A DNA stretch of 64,000 nucleotides from Neocallimastix sp. 'constans' (Eukaryota). The notes beneath the pieces were generated by a model, which was given only the letters and a program-made list of their open reading frames with translations, searched no databases and was not told the origin of the DNA. Below are positions 17,596 through 29,481 of the stretch, piece by piece (the first letter of the stretch is position 1; every line of letters starts with the position of its first letter). The DNA is taken from contig JBODTK010000158.1 in NCBI GenBank assembly GCA_050613775.1, positions 310,001-374,000 of the forward strand, given 5' to 3'. Both the position numbers and the translations under genes were made by a program.

Positions 17596-18648
17596 ATTAA
17601 TTTAAGCCGAGTTCTTTTTTAAATTGTTGGAAAAATACAAAAATAAATTTAATAAAGAATTTCTTTTTTGAAAAGTAATTCCATGCAAATAATAATTATA
17701 AATTTATCAAATTAGAAATATCAGTGTTCACTATTTATAGAATAATAATGAGTATCTTTAATTTAAATTATAATAAAATTTATATTTTTGAGGACAGAAA
17801 AGGATAAAAGTGTAAGAGTAGTATTTTCTTTTAATATCAATGTTATTAAATGAGTCAGTTATATTTTTTTATAGAAGAAAATTCATTATTTGACCAAAGA
17901 AAAAGAAAAAAAATGAATATTGATTATATATGTACATATAATATTATTTAAATAATAAAAAAAATATATGTGGAATTTTATTTCGTGAAAGATGCAATAA
18001 TCGAATGATATTACTACTAGAAGAGAAAAAAATATGTAAATGAATTGATTTATTTAAGAATATAATTGAAATTGAATAAAATATCTGAGATAGTATTTTA
18101 AATAAATATGTTATAAAAAGTATTGTTAATTATTGTTACTGAATTATTATTAGATAATGTTAGTTCTGTATTAAATTATGTCATAATATGAATTTATTGT
18201 TAATGATAGTAATGAATTTATTATTTTTTTTTTTTTTTGTTATAAAAATTTATAAATATTTACATTTAAAAAGTATAAATATATATAAAAGGTTGTTATA
18301 AATTTTAATTTTAAATATTTAATTGTATTTATTAAATAATATATATATGAAAGGTAAAAATTTAATTGTCAAAATTAATGATTATGGAGAATTAATAGAA
18401 TCCAATCTTATATATATAATGTAATGAATTTGAACTTTAAATTCCTCCTCTATCGGCGAAGTGTGCGATTGCATAGGCAAGATGAATTAAAAAGTGGAAA
18501 AACTCGAATTATATAATCTCTATTTTACTTATCGAAGTATGGTGTATATTTAGATTCTTATTATTGTTGTGGTGGACTTTTTGCGGATGGTATTGTTTTA
18601 GTTGCTCCATCTAAACAAGCTCTTAAGAAAATTTTGAATAAAATTCAT

Positions 18649-21600
18649 TGGTTTCTGAGGGGATTCAGCAATTAGTATAATAATAAAATCTTAATTATTT
18701 TTCAATCTTATATGCAATTTCAATCTTTTTATATAAAACATAACTGTAGCTTTTTAAATCAATTATTCAATCAAAAGAATTTTTTACACTATACTACTAA
18801 CAATATTGTTTTTGTTTTTTTCTTATATTTTTTAAATTTTTTCTATATTTTTTCTATACTTTTTATATATATATATATACTTTTTTATCGTTATATATGT
18901 TATTTTATATTTCTATATTAATTTTTTACTTTAGGTTTTTTTAATTTTCATATCCTTTTACAATATTTTAACATATAAAAAAAAAAAAAATAAATTAAAT
19001 TTACTATTTTACATTATTTTATTGAATAAATAATTTTTCCACTAACATTGTTTTTTAAATATATCTTAGGAAATACAATTCATGTGAAACTATTAACTCT
19101 TATATTCAGTAAACTTAAATGTTAAATATTTTATATATAATTCTTTGGTATTCAATCCTTATAATCAATTCATTTTAAATAGAAATTAAGTCAGTTCTTT
19201 TCTTAACTAACTCTAAACATGGATGCTTCTAGTTCTGTTAACACTACTCCCTTCCATCGTGGTTTCTACTGCTTCGGAAATCATATGAATAAATATAGCC
19301 TTATTTTCATTCATGACCTTAATTCTTGGTCCCCTAGAAAACTAATGGCACAAGTTATTAGTAAGATCCCTTACTACAATGAAATTATTCCATATGTTAA
19401 AAAACTTTTTTCTCCAAGGTATGGCTCATACTTCATTATTAGGGTTAATAAATACAAAAATGATCTCATCTTTTTCTATGTTTTAAATTTCTTAAGAGAT
19501 GAAATTCCTGAAACAGCTAAAATTACCTGGTCCTTGTGTAATAAACTGAATCAAATGAACAAGTCGAGGAAATCTAAAAACATTGATGTTGAACTTAATC
19601 CTATGGCAAAAGATTTTTTCTCTAGCCATCTAAATTCAAATTCTTCTTTCTTTAATCTCTGTGTTAGTTGGAATATTAACGGTTGGAATACTGAAAAGCG
19701 AGATAGTATTTTGTATCTCAACTCTACTTTTAAACCTATATGTATCTGTCTACAAGAAACTGGAAAAAGTAAATATCTACCAAAAGATGTTTCATCACCT
19801 TTAATTCCATATTACAACTCAGTTTTCCTTAAAGCTAATCCTAAAACCCCTGGTATGAGAGGACTCTTTATTGGTGTTCATTCTTCGTGCTCTTTCTTCC
19901 AAGAACCGTTTTTATACAAATATATCATTTCAGTTAATATTACTTCTTTTTGGAATCAAAAATGTACTATTGGTAATATCTACTTCCCTCAAAGCAAATG
20001 GAAGGAAGCAAGACTAGTTGCTTTTGATGAACTCTCTCAATGGTTACGTTTTCACAATAGAAAAAATGTTCCGGCTGTCCTAGTTGGTGACTTTAACATG
20101 TCATTAAAGAAGATCAAAACATACATTTCAAATAATTTTCCTAATTGGTATATTGCTCCTTTATATGGTAATCAATTTACATATGCTAAAGGTACTAGAT
20201 CATCTTGCATTGATCATGTCATCTATAATGAGGCTTTGGCATCCCATATTAATAAAACCTCGGTTTGTACTTCGTTTTATGGTATTTCTGATCATAAACC
20301 TATTTTACTTTCTTGCAACAAAGTTCTCTCCGATGGTTTTATAAGGCCTACTAAAGTTTCTAAATGGTCAACTCATATTTGTAAAACAAAAAATTCAGAT
20401 ATTTTATCACATAATTATTTTTCAATCCTAGAAAATGACCTTGATTCTCATTACAATTCGCTTACGGCTGATGAAATGGTAGAAAAATTTATCAATACAG
20501 CAAATAATATCGGGAAAGATATTAAGGCTTTTATTCCAACAAATTTAAAGGGCTCTGCTTTTCATTGTCCTTATTACATTAAAAAACTATCTCATGAAAA
20601 ACATATTGCATTTCGGAATATTAAGCCTTACTTTAATTGTGAAAATGTTGATAATTACCTTGAACAATTTAATAAATATGAAAAACTTTGCAAATTAATC
20701 AAGAAAACTAAGAGTAAATTTCGTTCTGCTAGATTTAAGGCTAATATAGTAAAAATAGGTAATTATTTTTTGAATAAAGATTTCAAAAATGGTTGGAGAT
20801 GTTTAAAGAAAATGGCTAAACCATCATATTCATCTACCTCCCTTACTTGCATTAAATCTAAGTTTGGTCAAGATATTATCTCTCCTTCAAAGCAATTAGA
20901 TAGATGGGCTGAATATTATAAAGATCTTGCTTCGGATCCCTCAGGTCACAGCCTTAATCGTAATTACTGGAATCATGCTTTAAGGAATATTAGTCTTAGA
21001 TCCACTACCTGGAATATAAATGGTCCTATTACGATTGAAGATATTAAAAAAACTATTTCATCGATGAAAAATAACAAAGCACCCGGCCCCGATGGTATTC
21101 CGATTGAATTCTACAAAGCTCTTTTTTGTAACGAAGAATTACTAGAATCACATCCTGCTGCTGGAAAGTGTCTAAAATTGATATTTAATAAAATATGGAA
21201 TGGGTCATTTCCTAAAAAATGGAACTCAGCTTCTATTGTATCAATTCCTAAGAAGGGTGACCTATCAGATTGTAGTAATTATCGAGGTATTTCTCTCATT
21301 AACGTTGGACTAAAAATCATTTCAAAAATTATAACAGATAGAATATCTACTTACGCACTCTCACACAATTTCATTAGACCTGAACAATTTGGATTTCGCA
21401 ACCGCGAAGAATGCATTAGTTTATTCATTTCCGTTAGAGAAATTTGTCAAAGAAGAAAATTCCAAGGAAAATTCACATATTTAGCTTTTTTAGATCTTAA
21501 AAAAGCTTATGATTCAGTTCCTATTTTTAACATTCTTACTAAATTATATCACTATGGAGTACGCGGTAAATGTTTTGATTTTCTTTGTAATTTATATACT

Positions 21601-23564
21601 TCATCTAAAGCACGTGCTCGATTTGCTTCAATGTTATCAAATGAATTTCCTATTAAAAGAGGTGTTCGTCAAGGTTGTCCATTATCTCCAATCTTATTCA
21701 ATTTATTCATCAATGATATACTAAATGACTGTGAAAAGTATGGTGTTAATGTTGGAAGAAAAAAGTGTTGTGGTGGACTCTTTGCTGATGATGTTGTTCT
21801 CATTGCTCCAAGTGCAAAAAATTTAGAAAAATTATTAAAAAAGGTACATAAATGGGCTAATTTAAATGAAATGACTTTTGGTATTGAAAAGTGTGCAACT
21901 ATGGTTATAAAACCAATGAACTTCCAACCTCCTCCAAACTATAGTGATCCAACCTTCTATTTAGGAAAGAATGATATTCCTAAAGTTTCTAGTTATGTCT
22001 ATCTTGGTATTCCTTTTTCAGATGATCTCCTACTAGAACACATTATATCTCACATGCATTTTAAAGTTAGAAAATCCCTTCTTTCATTTACACGTTTCTT
22101 TTCAAATAAACTTATTCCTATTGTATACAAGAAAAAAGTTCTTCAATCCTTTGTTATTAGTAAAGTAATTTATTATTCTCCTTTACTTGGTTCAAACAAA
22201 TCTAGAACGGCTAGAATTCAAACATTAATTAATACTGGTCTATTTTGGTGTATCGGTTCCTTCTCTAAAAATGGTAAAACAAATACAGAAAACAATGACT
22301 ATATTAGACATAATTCAACAATGAGTACTTATGCTTTATCTCGAGATCTAAGCATCCCTCCTATTGCTGGTATCTGCGCAGCCTTACAGATTAAATCATT
22401 TGCAAAATGGAGTAAATCAAACTGTATCATAAAGGATCTTATTAAATCTATTCCCAAAATGCCTTATTATTCCTGGACTAAAGAATCTAGAACACTATAT
22501 AAAAAAATCAAAAAATATAAATGTGTAAAATATGACGATATTATAGAACGTTACTGGAAATCAGTTTCCAGATTTCAAGGTATTAAAGGTCAAAACTACG
22601 ATAGTAACAAGTTCTCAAACAATAAAGCTATAATAATGCTTAGCTTAAAATATCCCCAATTCAACTTAGGATTTTCGTGGATTATACGTTTACGCTGTGG
22701 TTATAAATACAATACTACTATTGCTATTAGAATGGGTAGAGTTTCAGAAGATTGTCCAAAGTCCTGCCCATGTTGTGGTGAAGGTAATCAATCTTTTGAA
22801 CATTGGATTTTTAAATGCGATGCTCTTGCATCTTTTAGATGGAATTCTTTAAATTTCATCGATGATCTCTATGTTTTATTCCTTAGGAAGATTAGAGCGT
22901 TTAATCCTCTTTCTTCCTATGACTCTATTTCTGATTTTGAAGATTATATCAATCATTATATATACTTGTTCCTTCTTGGTGGGACTTTAGTTTTAAATGA
23001 ACTACATTTCGATAGTGGGGAACAGAAACATTTAAATGAACTACTTTTCAAAGGTTCATCTGAGTCACCTGTTCCAAAAATTGTGGGCTTGGCGGAATTC
23101 TTAACAAATGCAATACCTATCATAAGTAGTTCGTTTGAGCTATTATTTGATAGGTATTGCAAAATATCAAACTTAACCAAGAGCGTCGACGTCGTACTGA
23201 TAAGGCATAATGAAAATACAGGATTATCATCTATTACTACGAAGGGTGATTCTCGCCCTAGTAGCTCAATAAATGATGAATCCGGGGAGAGTTTAGTGGA
23301 CACCACACTATCTATTTTAAGGATGTTACTTCTAAATTTTATTTCTTTTTTATTTGATAGGAAGGGTAAAATTCCCGCATAGTACAACTTGCCGAAATAC
23401 ATAGTATTTTCGAGCTTTTTTATTTTTTATTTTTTATTTTTAATTTTTTATTTTTAATTTCTAATGTACTTTTCACCTATATGTATTTTTTAAAATAAAA
23501 TTTAATAAAGTTTTTGGAAGTGTATTCTCTTCCCTGTCTAAAAAAAAAAAAAAAAAAAAAAAAA
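18649..23564 (+). mobile_element. Apparently full-length non-LTR retrotransposon (LINE) with 570-nt 5' UTR, one ORF and poly(A)
   Basis: 14-bp TSD TGAATAAAATTCAT at 18635-18648 and 23565-23578. AATAAA at ~23504, GTCT-(A)25 tail at 23540-23564. Confidence 0.93.
19219..23382 (+). CDS. LINE polyprotein: APE endonuclease, reverse transcriptase, CCHC zinc knuckle (1387 aa)
   Basis: APE motifs SWNING, CLQET, VGDFN, CIDHV, SDHKP. RT motifs KAPGPDG, YRGISL, QFGFR, LDLKKAYD, GVRQGCPLSP, FADD. C-terminal CPCC-x7-H-x4-C. Confidence 0.95.
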   Translation: MDASSSVNTTPFHRGFYCFGNHMNKYSLIFIHDLNSWSPRKLMAQVISKIPYYNEIIPYVKKLFSPRYGSYFIIRVNKYKNDLIFFYVLNFLRDEIPETAKITWSLCNKLNQMNKSRKSKNIDVELNPMAKDFFSSHLNSNSSFFNLCVSWNINGWNTEKRDSILYLNSTFKPICICLQETGKSKYLPKDVSSPLIPYYNSVFLKANPKTPGMRGLFIGVHSSCSFFQEPFLYKYIISVNITSFWNQKCTIGNIYFPQSKWKEARLVAFDELSQWLRFHNRKNVPAVLVGDFNMSLKKIKTYISNNFPNWYIAPLYGNQFTYAKGTRSSCIDHVIYNEALASHINKTSVCTSFYGISDHKPILLSCNKVLSDGFIRPTKVSKWSTHICKTKNSDILSHNYFSILENDLDSHYNSLTADEMVEKFINTANNIGKDIKAFIPTNLKGSAFHCPYYIKKLSHEKHIAFRNIKPYFNCENVDNYLEQFNKYEKLCKLIKKTKSKFRSARFKANIVKIGNYFLNKDFKNGWRCLKKMAKPSYSSTSLTCIKSKFGQDIISPSKQLDRWAEYYKDLASDPSGHSLNRNYWNHALRNISLRSTTWNINGPITIEDIKKTISSMKNNKAPGPDGIPIEFYKALFCNEELLESHPAAGKCLKLIFNKIWNGSFPKKWNSASIVSIPKKGDLSDCSNYRGISLINVGLKIISKIITDRISTYALSHNFIRPEQFGFRNREECISLFISVREICQRRKFQGKFTYLAFLDLKKAYDSVPIFNILTKLYHYGVRGKCFDFLCNLYTSSKARARFASMLSNEFPIKRGVRQGCPLSPILFNLFINDILNDCEKYGVNVGRKKCCGGLFADDVVLIAPSAKNLEKLLKKVHKWANLNEMTFGIEKCATMVIKPMNFQPPPNYSDPTFYLGKNDIPKVSSYVYLGIPFSDDLLLEHIISHMHFKVRKSLLSFTRFFSNKLIPIVYKKKVLQSFVISKVIYYSPLLGSNKSRTARIQTLINTGLFWCIGSFSKNGKTNTENNDYIRHNSTMSTYALSRDLSIPPIAGICAALQIKSFAKWSKSNCIIKDLIKSIPKMPYYSWTKESRTLYKKIKKYKCVKYDDIIERYWKSVSRFQGIKGQNYDSNKFSNNKAIIMLSLKYPQFNLGFSWIIRLRCGYKYNTTIAIRMGRVSEDCPKSCPCCGEGNQSFEHWIFKCDALASFRWNSLNFIDDLYVLFLRKIRAFNPLSSYDSISDFEDYINHYIYLFLLGGTLVLNELHFDSGEQKHLNELLFKGSSESPVPKIVGLAEFLTNAIPIISSSFELLFDRYCKISNLTKSVDVVLIRHNENTGLSSITTKGDSRPSSSINDESGESLVDTTLSILRMLLLNFISFLFDRKGKIPA

Positions 23565-25115
23565 TGAATAAAATTCATGAATGGGCTATTAAAAATGAAA
23601 TGACTTTTGGAATTAATAAGTGTGCTACTCTTGTTGTAAAACCAATTAACTTTGTTAAACCGATAAATTATGAAGATCCATCTTTCTTTATTGGTAGTAA
23701 AAAATTACCTAAAACTGACAACTATACCTATCTTGGTATTCCTTTTGATGAATCTTTATCACTGAAACCTATACAATCCAAATTAAACAGTAATTTAAAT
23801 GTCAAGTTAAATTTGTACTTTCGATTTCTTATTAATAAATCTGTTCATCTCCCATTGAAGAAATATGTTTTAATTTCGTTTATTCTTAGTCTTGTTATAT
23901 ATTATGCTCCTCTCTTTGGTTCAAATAAGAGCAGATGTTCTAAAGCTCAAAAAATTATTAATAGAGGACTTTATTGGAGTTACGGATTTAAATCTCGCAA
24001 TTCTTCTGTTAGTCTCTATAATATTACTCGTGAATTGAGAATACCTCCTCTTTCAGCTGTCTGTGCTATATCTCAATTACGTTGCTTTAGAAAATGGAAA
24101 AACTCATCATGTATTATTAATCATCTCACTAATAATATTCCTACTATGTCACATTATTCATGGACTAAAGAATCAAGGACTTTGGATAAGAAATTAAATG
24201 GTAAGAAAACAAGTGAAATAAAAAAGTTTTATTGGGAAAGAGATGTCTTCAAACCCTCAAAAGCTAAAAAAGCAATTATTTACAAGGAGAATGATTTTGG
24301 ATTTATTTCAGAAATCAGAAACTTAACATTTCAATATCCTAAGTATCAGTTGGGATTCTTTTGGATTTCTCGTATTAGGTGTGGTTTTAAATTCGACATT
24401 AGTATTTCCATTAAAAGAAAAATCGTCTCAGAAGATTGCCCTAAATGTTGCCCTTGTTGTGGTGTTAGTGTACCTAGCTTTTCTCACTGGATCTTTGCCT
24501 GTAAAGAATTGGAAAATTACAGAAATAAATCTTTACCTTTTCTAGATGATCTCTTTTTGAAGTTTGCATTGATAATTGAACAAAAATCCTTGGATGTTTC
24601 TTTAGATTCAGAAAAGGATTATGATAATAATATTTATTATTATATATTGAGTGCACTTCTTGGTGGGCGTTCAAAATATTCAAAAATTAAAGTTAATGAT
24701 AGGGAACAAAGACAATTAGTTGACAATATTTTTAAACAAAGTTCAACTTCGTCAACTGTTCCGTATTTTGTGGGGATTGCGGAGTTTCTAACAAACGTAA
24801 TACCATTAATTTGTCGATCTTTTAGTTTGATGATGAAATGGTATTACCAAGAGCGTCGACGTCGAAATGATAAGGCATGGATTTTCACCACCAGATACAG
24901 ATTCGATTGATAACACTAATTCTGAAATTATTACTCACAATAATGGACGTGGTGTTATTATCGAGGAATGGGAAAAGTTAAAGGCTATTGCTTCTAACGC
25001 ACTTTTATAATTTTATAATATATAATATTTTATTTCATGTATTTTATTTGTTATTTTTTCATTTAATTTCATGTATTTTTATTATTATTATAAATTAAAT
25101 AAAGTTTTCTCTAAG

Positions 25116-25155
<40 letters not shown>

Positions 25156-26038
25156 TATCGAGATATTACATTGTAGAAGTCATGCATGGGATAAAGAAAG
25201 TAAAATTTTAACAAATTAGATAAACTTCCATCAAAAAATGCAATTATAGACTTTTATTGGAATAGACATATGGCAAGAAAGTCGATCAAGACCAAAGCTT
25301 AAAAAAAAAAATGAATTTGAGAAAACTAGAGACTGTTTAAAGCAAAACTTTAAATATTCTGAATACTGAATATAGCATTAGTTTCTGGTGGGTACGAAGT
25401 ACCAGATGTGGATATAAATTCGATACTCGTGTATGATTGAAGAAGACTGTACAGAACGGCTTCCTGTTGTTATAGTAATCCTCGATTGGAACATTTTTTT
25501 TTTTTTTTTTTTTAAATGCTATCTTTTCCGTGAAATTCGAATGAAATATTTTATTAATATTGAAATTCTTTATGAAAAATTTTTTTTTGTAATTTCCAAA
25601 TATTGTCCAGTATCAAATAGTAATGTAAACACTATTGTCACAGATATAAATAATGTAGAATCAAGTACTGATTCTGATAGTAGTAATAAAGTGTATAATG
25701 TTAATAATAATAACAATAGTAATAATGTTGTTTATAATAGTAATCTAATGTTCCATAAATTATAGACTAGTGGATTACCTTTCCATCACAATACCAGCCC
25801 GTTAGTAGTTCTTTTGAATTAACTCTTTGATTGGTATAGTAAAAACCCTTCATAACCAAGAGAGTCAACATCGAACCGATATGGTAAATAAAAACCTCTA
25901 TTACTAGTCGTCCTAGTGCATCATATATAAATAGTAATAATCGTTCTTTAAATAACGAATCTACATAAATTGAATCTTCTGATAATATTTTTCTTGGTTC
26001 GAGGAAGAGAATTTAGTCTACACGATCTACTTTACAGA

Positions 26039-26236
26039 TGTTACTTCTTTGTTATATTTTTATTTAATATTTTTTTGGTATACTACTTTGTTATATTTTT
26101 ATTTAATATTTTTTTGGTATACTACTTTGTTATATTTTTATTTAATATTTTTTTAGTATACTACTTTGTTATATTTTTATTTAATATTTTTTTGGTATAC
26201 TACTTTGTTATATTTTTATTTAATATTTTTTTGGTA
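26039..26236. repeat. 39-bp tandem repeat, ~5 copies
   Basis: TACTACTTTGTTATATTTTTATTTAATATTTTTTTGGTA repeated directly, with no spacers. Confidence 0.9.
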
Positions 26237-26486
26237 GAAACGATCAATATGAATATCATAATACCATAATAAATTTTTTAAAATTTCTCTTATCTTTCAT
26301 TGTATTTACGTTAACTTTATTTTTTATTTAAATTTTATTTTTAATATTTTTTAATTTGATACATTTTTTATATTTTTTTTTAAACTTAATATATTTATGA
26401 CTCATTTTTACACTTAATTGTATACAATATGCTAATATTTTTTAATAATTAATCAATAAAGCAATGGAAACATATTATCTTCTTTG

Positions 26487-26539
<53 letters not shown>

Positions 26540-26822
26540 TTTTATTTTTTAATGTAATAATATATAAATAATAAATGTATTTATTATTTAATTAAATAAT
26601 CAATAAATAATAGTAACCTTTATAATTTTTATACATTTACTAATTATATAATTTTGGTTAATAATTTTAAATTAAATGATTATAAATTATATATTATTTA
26701 TTTAATCATTATTAAAATAATTCAAAAATGGACTTTTATAATAGAATTTAATATAATAAAATACAAAATAAAATATTTGTAATTAATAATACTATATATA
26801 ATATGACAAAATGAATTAATAA

Positions 26823-28600
26823 TTTTTTTTTTTTTTTTTTTTGACTTGAGATAAACTTTATTTAATAATATTTATTAAAAATATGTATGAAAATAAAATA
26901 CATAAAATTTTGTACATTAATATTAAGAAACTATGTTATGAGTTTCGAGGATGAAATGGCCTCTAACTCTTCCCATTCATCGATGATAACTCTATGTAGA
27001 TCATTCGAATCTGTATCAGAATTTCTTCTTTGTCTTATGGTTTCGACGTCGACGATCTTGACAATGGTAGATCTAATGGTGTAAAAATCACTAATCATGA
27101 TTGGCATAACATTAGTAAGGAATTCCGCAAGCCCTATGAAATATGAAATCGGGAAAGAAGGCTCTCTTGAAGGTGATTGAAAAATATTATTAATAAAATT
27201 CCTTATTTCCTCGAACCGATCTTTAAGAGATCATATATAATGCATGCATTTCCACCAAGAAGGAGACACAGTACCTAAAAATTAATATTATCATTAAAAT
27301 CTTCCTTTTTATCATCATGAATGCTCAGTGATTTCACATGAACAATCAAAGAAATATTAATAAAATTTTCATCAACAATTTGAATGAATTGTTACTTAAA
27401 TTCTTCAAATTTAGCTACGTTCTTTTTTCGTCTCTGAATAATGTGAAAATGTTGGTATATTTTTAACTAAATGAGAAATAATACTAAAATACTCTTTCCA
27501 CTTTTTTAAAGCATCGAATCATTATCTTAGCATAAAAACTAGCTTTAAGTGATATAAATTGTTCCCTAGACATATTATAAATAGTGGGCTTATTTTTAAA
27601 CCTAAAAACTTCAAAAGAAACCTCGATTAAAAGTCGTTTATATTTGTTCTGTATTCGTTTTATAAGATCAAAGTAAAGGTGCATAGTAAATAACTGAACT
27701 AAGGATAAAGGAACTAGAATACCAGTTTTAAAGTAGAAAAATACGTTCTTATTGGTTAAAAATCAAAAAAAAAAAAAAAAAAAAAAAAAAGAATAAACTG
27801 TATAATTTATTTTACTGTTCATCTTAGCAATAATAGGCTCTAAACCCAATGATTTATTGAAAGGTATTCCAAGATATATACAATGATTAGTGCTTTGCAG
27901 ATGGTCCATGTCAATGTTAAATGTTGGATTTTCATAATGTCTTGAAGGTAAAAAGTTCTTTAGTTTAACAAATGTATTGCATTTACTAATATCAAAGGTT
28001 ATTTCATTTTTGATACCTCAATCATGAGTTGTATTTAAAAGGTTTTTAAGAGAGGACTTTTTTAGAGGCCAAAAAAACGCAGTATCATCAACAAATAGGA
28101 CACTACAACACTTTTTCCTTTCAGTAACCATACTATATCTCTTGCATTTATCAAATATGTTATTAATAAATCTTTTAAATAAAAAAGTTGATAAGGGATA
28201 CTGCATTGGAAATTCTATTGAAAGTTTACCATTAAAGTTTTGAACAAACTTTCGAAAGAGGATATTAATTAGTAAATGAACTGAACGCACTAACCACGAA
28301 TAACAATATTATAAAGTTTTGTAAGCATATTTTAAATTATTAGCCCTCAACGCCACTTTATACAACAGGCTTCTTTTCAATGATCTCTTGAACCATCATC
28401 GAGGGAGTAACAATTATACTAATACTCTCACAGATCAAGTACTTTCTATACTAGCAATTATATAGTCTAGCCATGAGAGTATTTACCATACCAAGTATCA
28501 TTTATAAGTAAAAACATCTTGGGAGGATGAAAAATTGACTTGTATAAATTCATGAAATAATTGTGGGGTCGATCCAGAAACCTTAGGTTTATTATGAAGC
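26823..28600 (-). mobile_element. Degenerate LINE of the same group, minus strand, tail to tail with the nested cluster
   Basis: Poly-T at 26823-26842 follows (minus strand) AATAAAGTTTATCTCAAGTC. Decayed RT PLSTFLFKRFINNIFDKCKRY..KKCCSVLFVDD (28018-28290) and YLGIPF (~27860-27880). 5' end approximate. Confidence 0.8.
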
Positions 28601-29130
28601 AATAATAAATACATAGAGAGGATGAAAATATAGGAAAAAGAAAATGATACAGGAATGAAAAATGATACTATTTCTTAAAATTTTTTTTAAAATTAATTAA
28701 TAATCTTGATAAATAAAATCAATTACGAACAACTGCAATAATCAATTGTGCCAAAAAATCATTTGTTGTGTAATTTTTTGATTTTTACCTTAGAGAATGT
28801 GATATTTCCTAGAGGAGGAAAAATAAAAATAAAAATTAATATATACTTGCTAAGCATTAGAAGAGCATCAAATTTTTCATTCTCATGGCATTACCCTTTC
28901 TTAAGTATATAAAATACTTTATATTTAACATTTAAATACATAATTTTATTTATCAAGATTTAACAATAAAATAATAAAATAATAAAACTTTACTTTAAAT
29001 ATATATATATATATTTTTAAATTTCTAAATTTTATTTATAAATATAGATATATAATATTTAAAAATCGAATTATATTTGATTTGTTAAAGTTTGTTTAAA
29101 TTTTTGTTCTACTTTTTTAAAATTAATATG

Positions 29131-29163
<33 letters not shown>

Positions 29164-29481
29164 ATTTGTTTCGTTTACTTATTTATATATTTATTAACAT
29201 TTTTTCATTAAATTAAAAAAAATTTATTTGAAAATTTTGTAATAAATTAAAAATTAAAGAATTTTTTTATTTTTCTGATTTTCTTTTTTTTTTTTTTTTT
29301 AAAAAAAAATAAAATTCTAAAATCTAAATAGTTGTTTATATAACTATTTTATATCTTTAAATTAGTAAATATTTTATATTTCAATTACAATTATTTAAAT
29401 ATTTTATAATAAAATTATATTATTAATTTTATTATAATAATTCTTAATTAAAGAACCTGAATAAAAATATAATTAATTTAT

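Larger units (their letters stand above)
18536..25148 (+). mobile_element. Middle 5'-truncated LINE (RT C-half plus zinc knuckle), interrupted by a full-length LINE
   Basis: 18536-18648 encodes YGVYLDSYYCCGGLFADGIVLVAPSKQALKKILNKIH, continued by ORF 23564-24910 (NKIHEWAIKNEMTFGINKC). Poly(A) tail at 25119-25148. TSD TTTTACTTATCGA at 18523-18535 and 25149-25161. Confidence 0.9.
18425..26537 (+). mobile_element. Oldest (outer) degenerate LINE, split by later insertions; pieces ~18425-18535 and 25162 onward
   Basis: Left piece reads EL*IPPLSAKCAIA*AR*IKKWKNSNYII. Right piece continues SHAWDKESKIL and FWWVRSTRCGYKFD, collinear with the intact LINE C-terminus. An AATAAA..GTCT-(A)n end lies at 26455-26537; whether it belongs to the same copy is uncertain. 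Confidence 0.65.

Noticed and set aside
22956..23402. Antisense and alternative-frame ORFs within TEs (also 41243, 43227, 47392, 54032, 56254, 56803, 61047, 63272)
   Set aside because: Shadows of real TE ORFs; their recurrence only reflects near-identical copies.
23564..24910. Second ORF of the full-length LINE
   Set aside because: Its ATG is made from the poly(A) tail plus the TSD; it is the downstream half of the interrupted middle LINE.
26039..26236. CRISPR-like 39-bp repeats and ORF 25970-26269
   Set aside because: Direct tandem units with no unique spacers, eukaryotic context, no cas genes.
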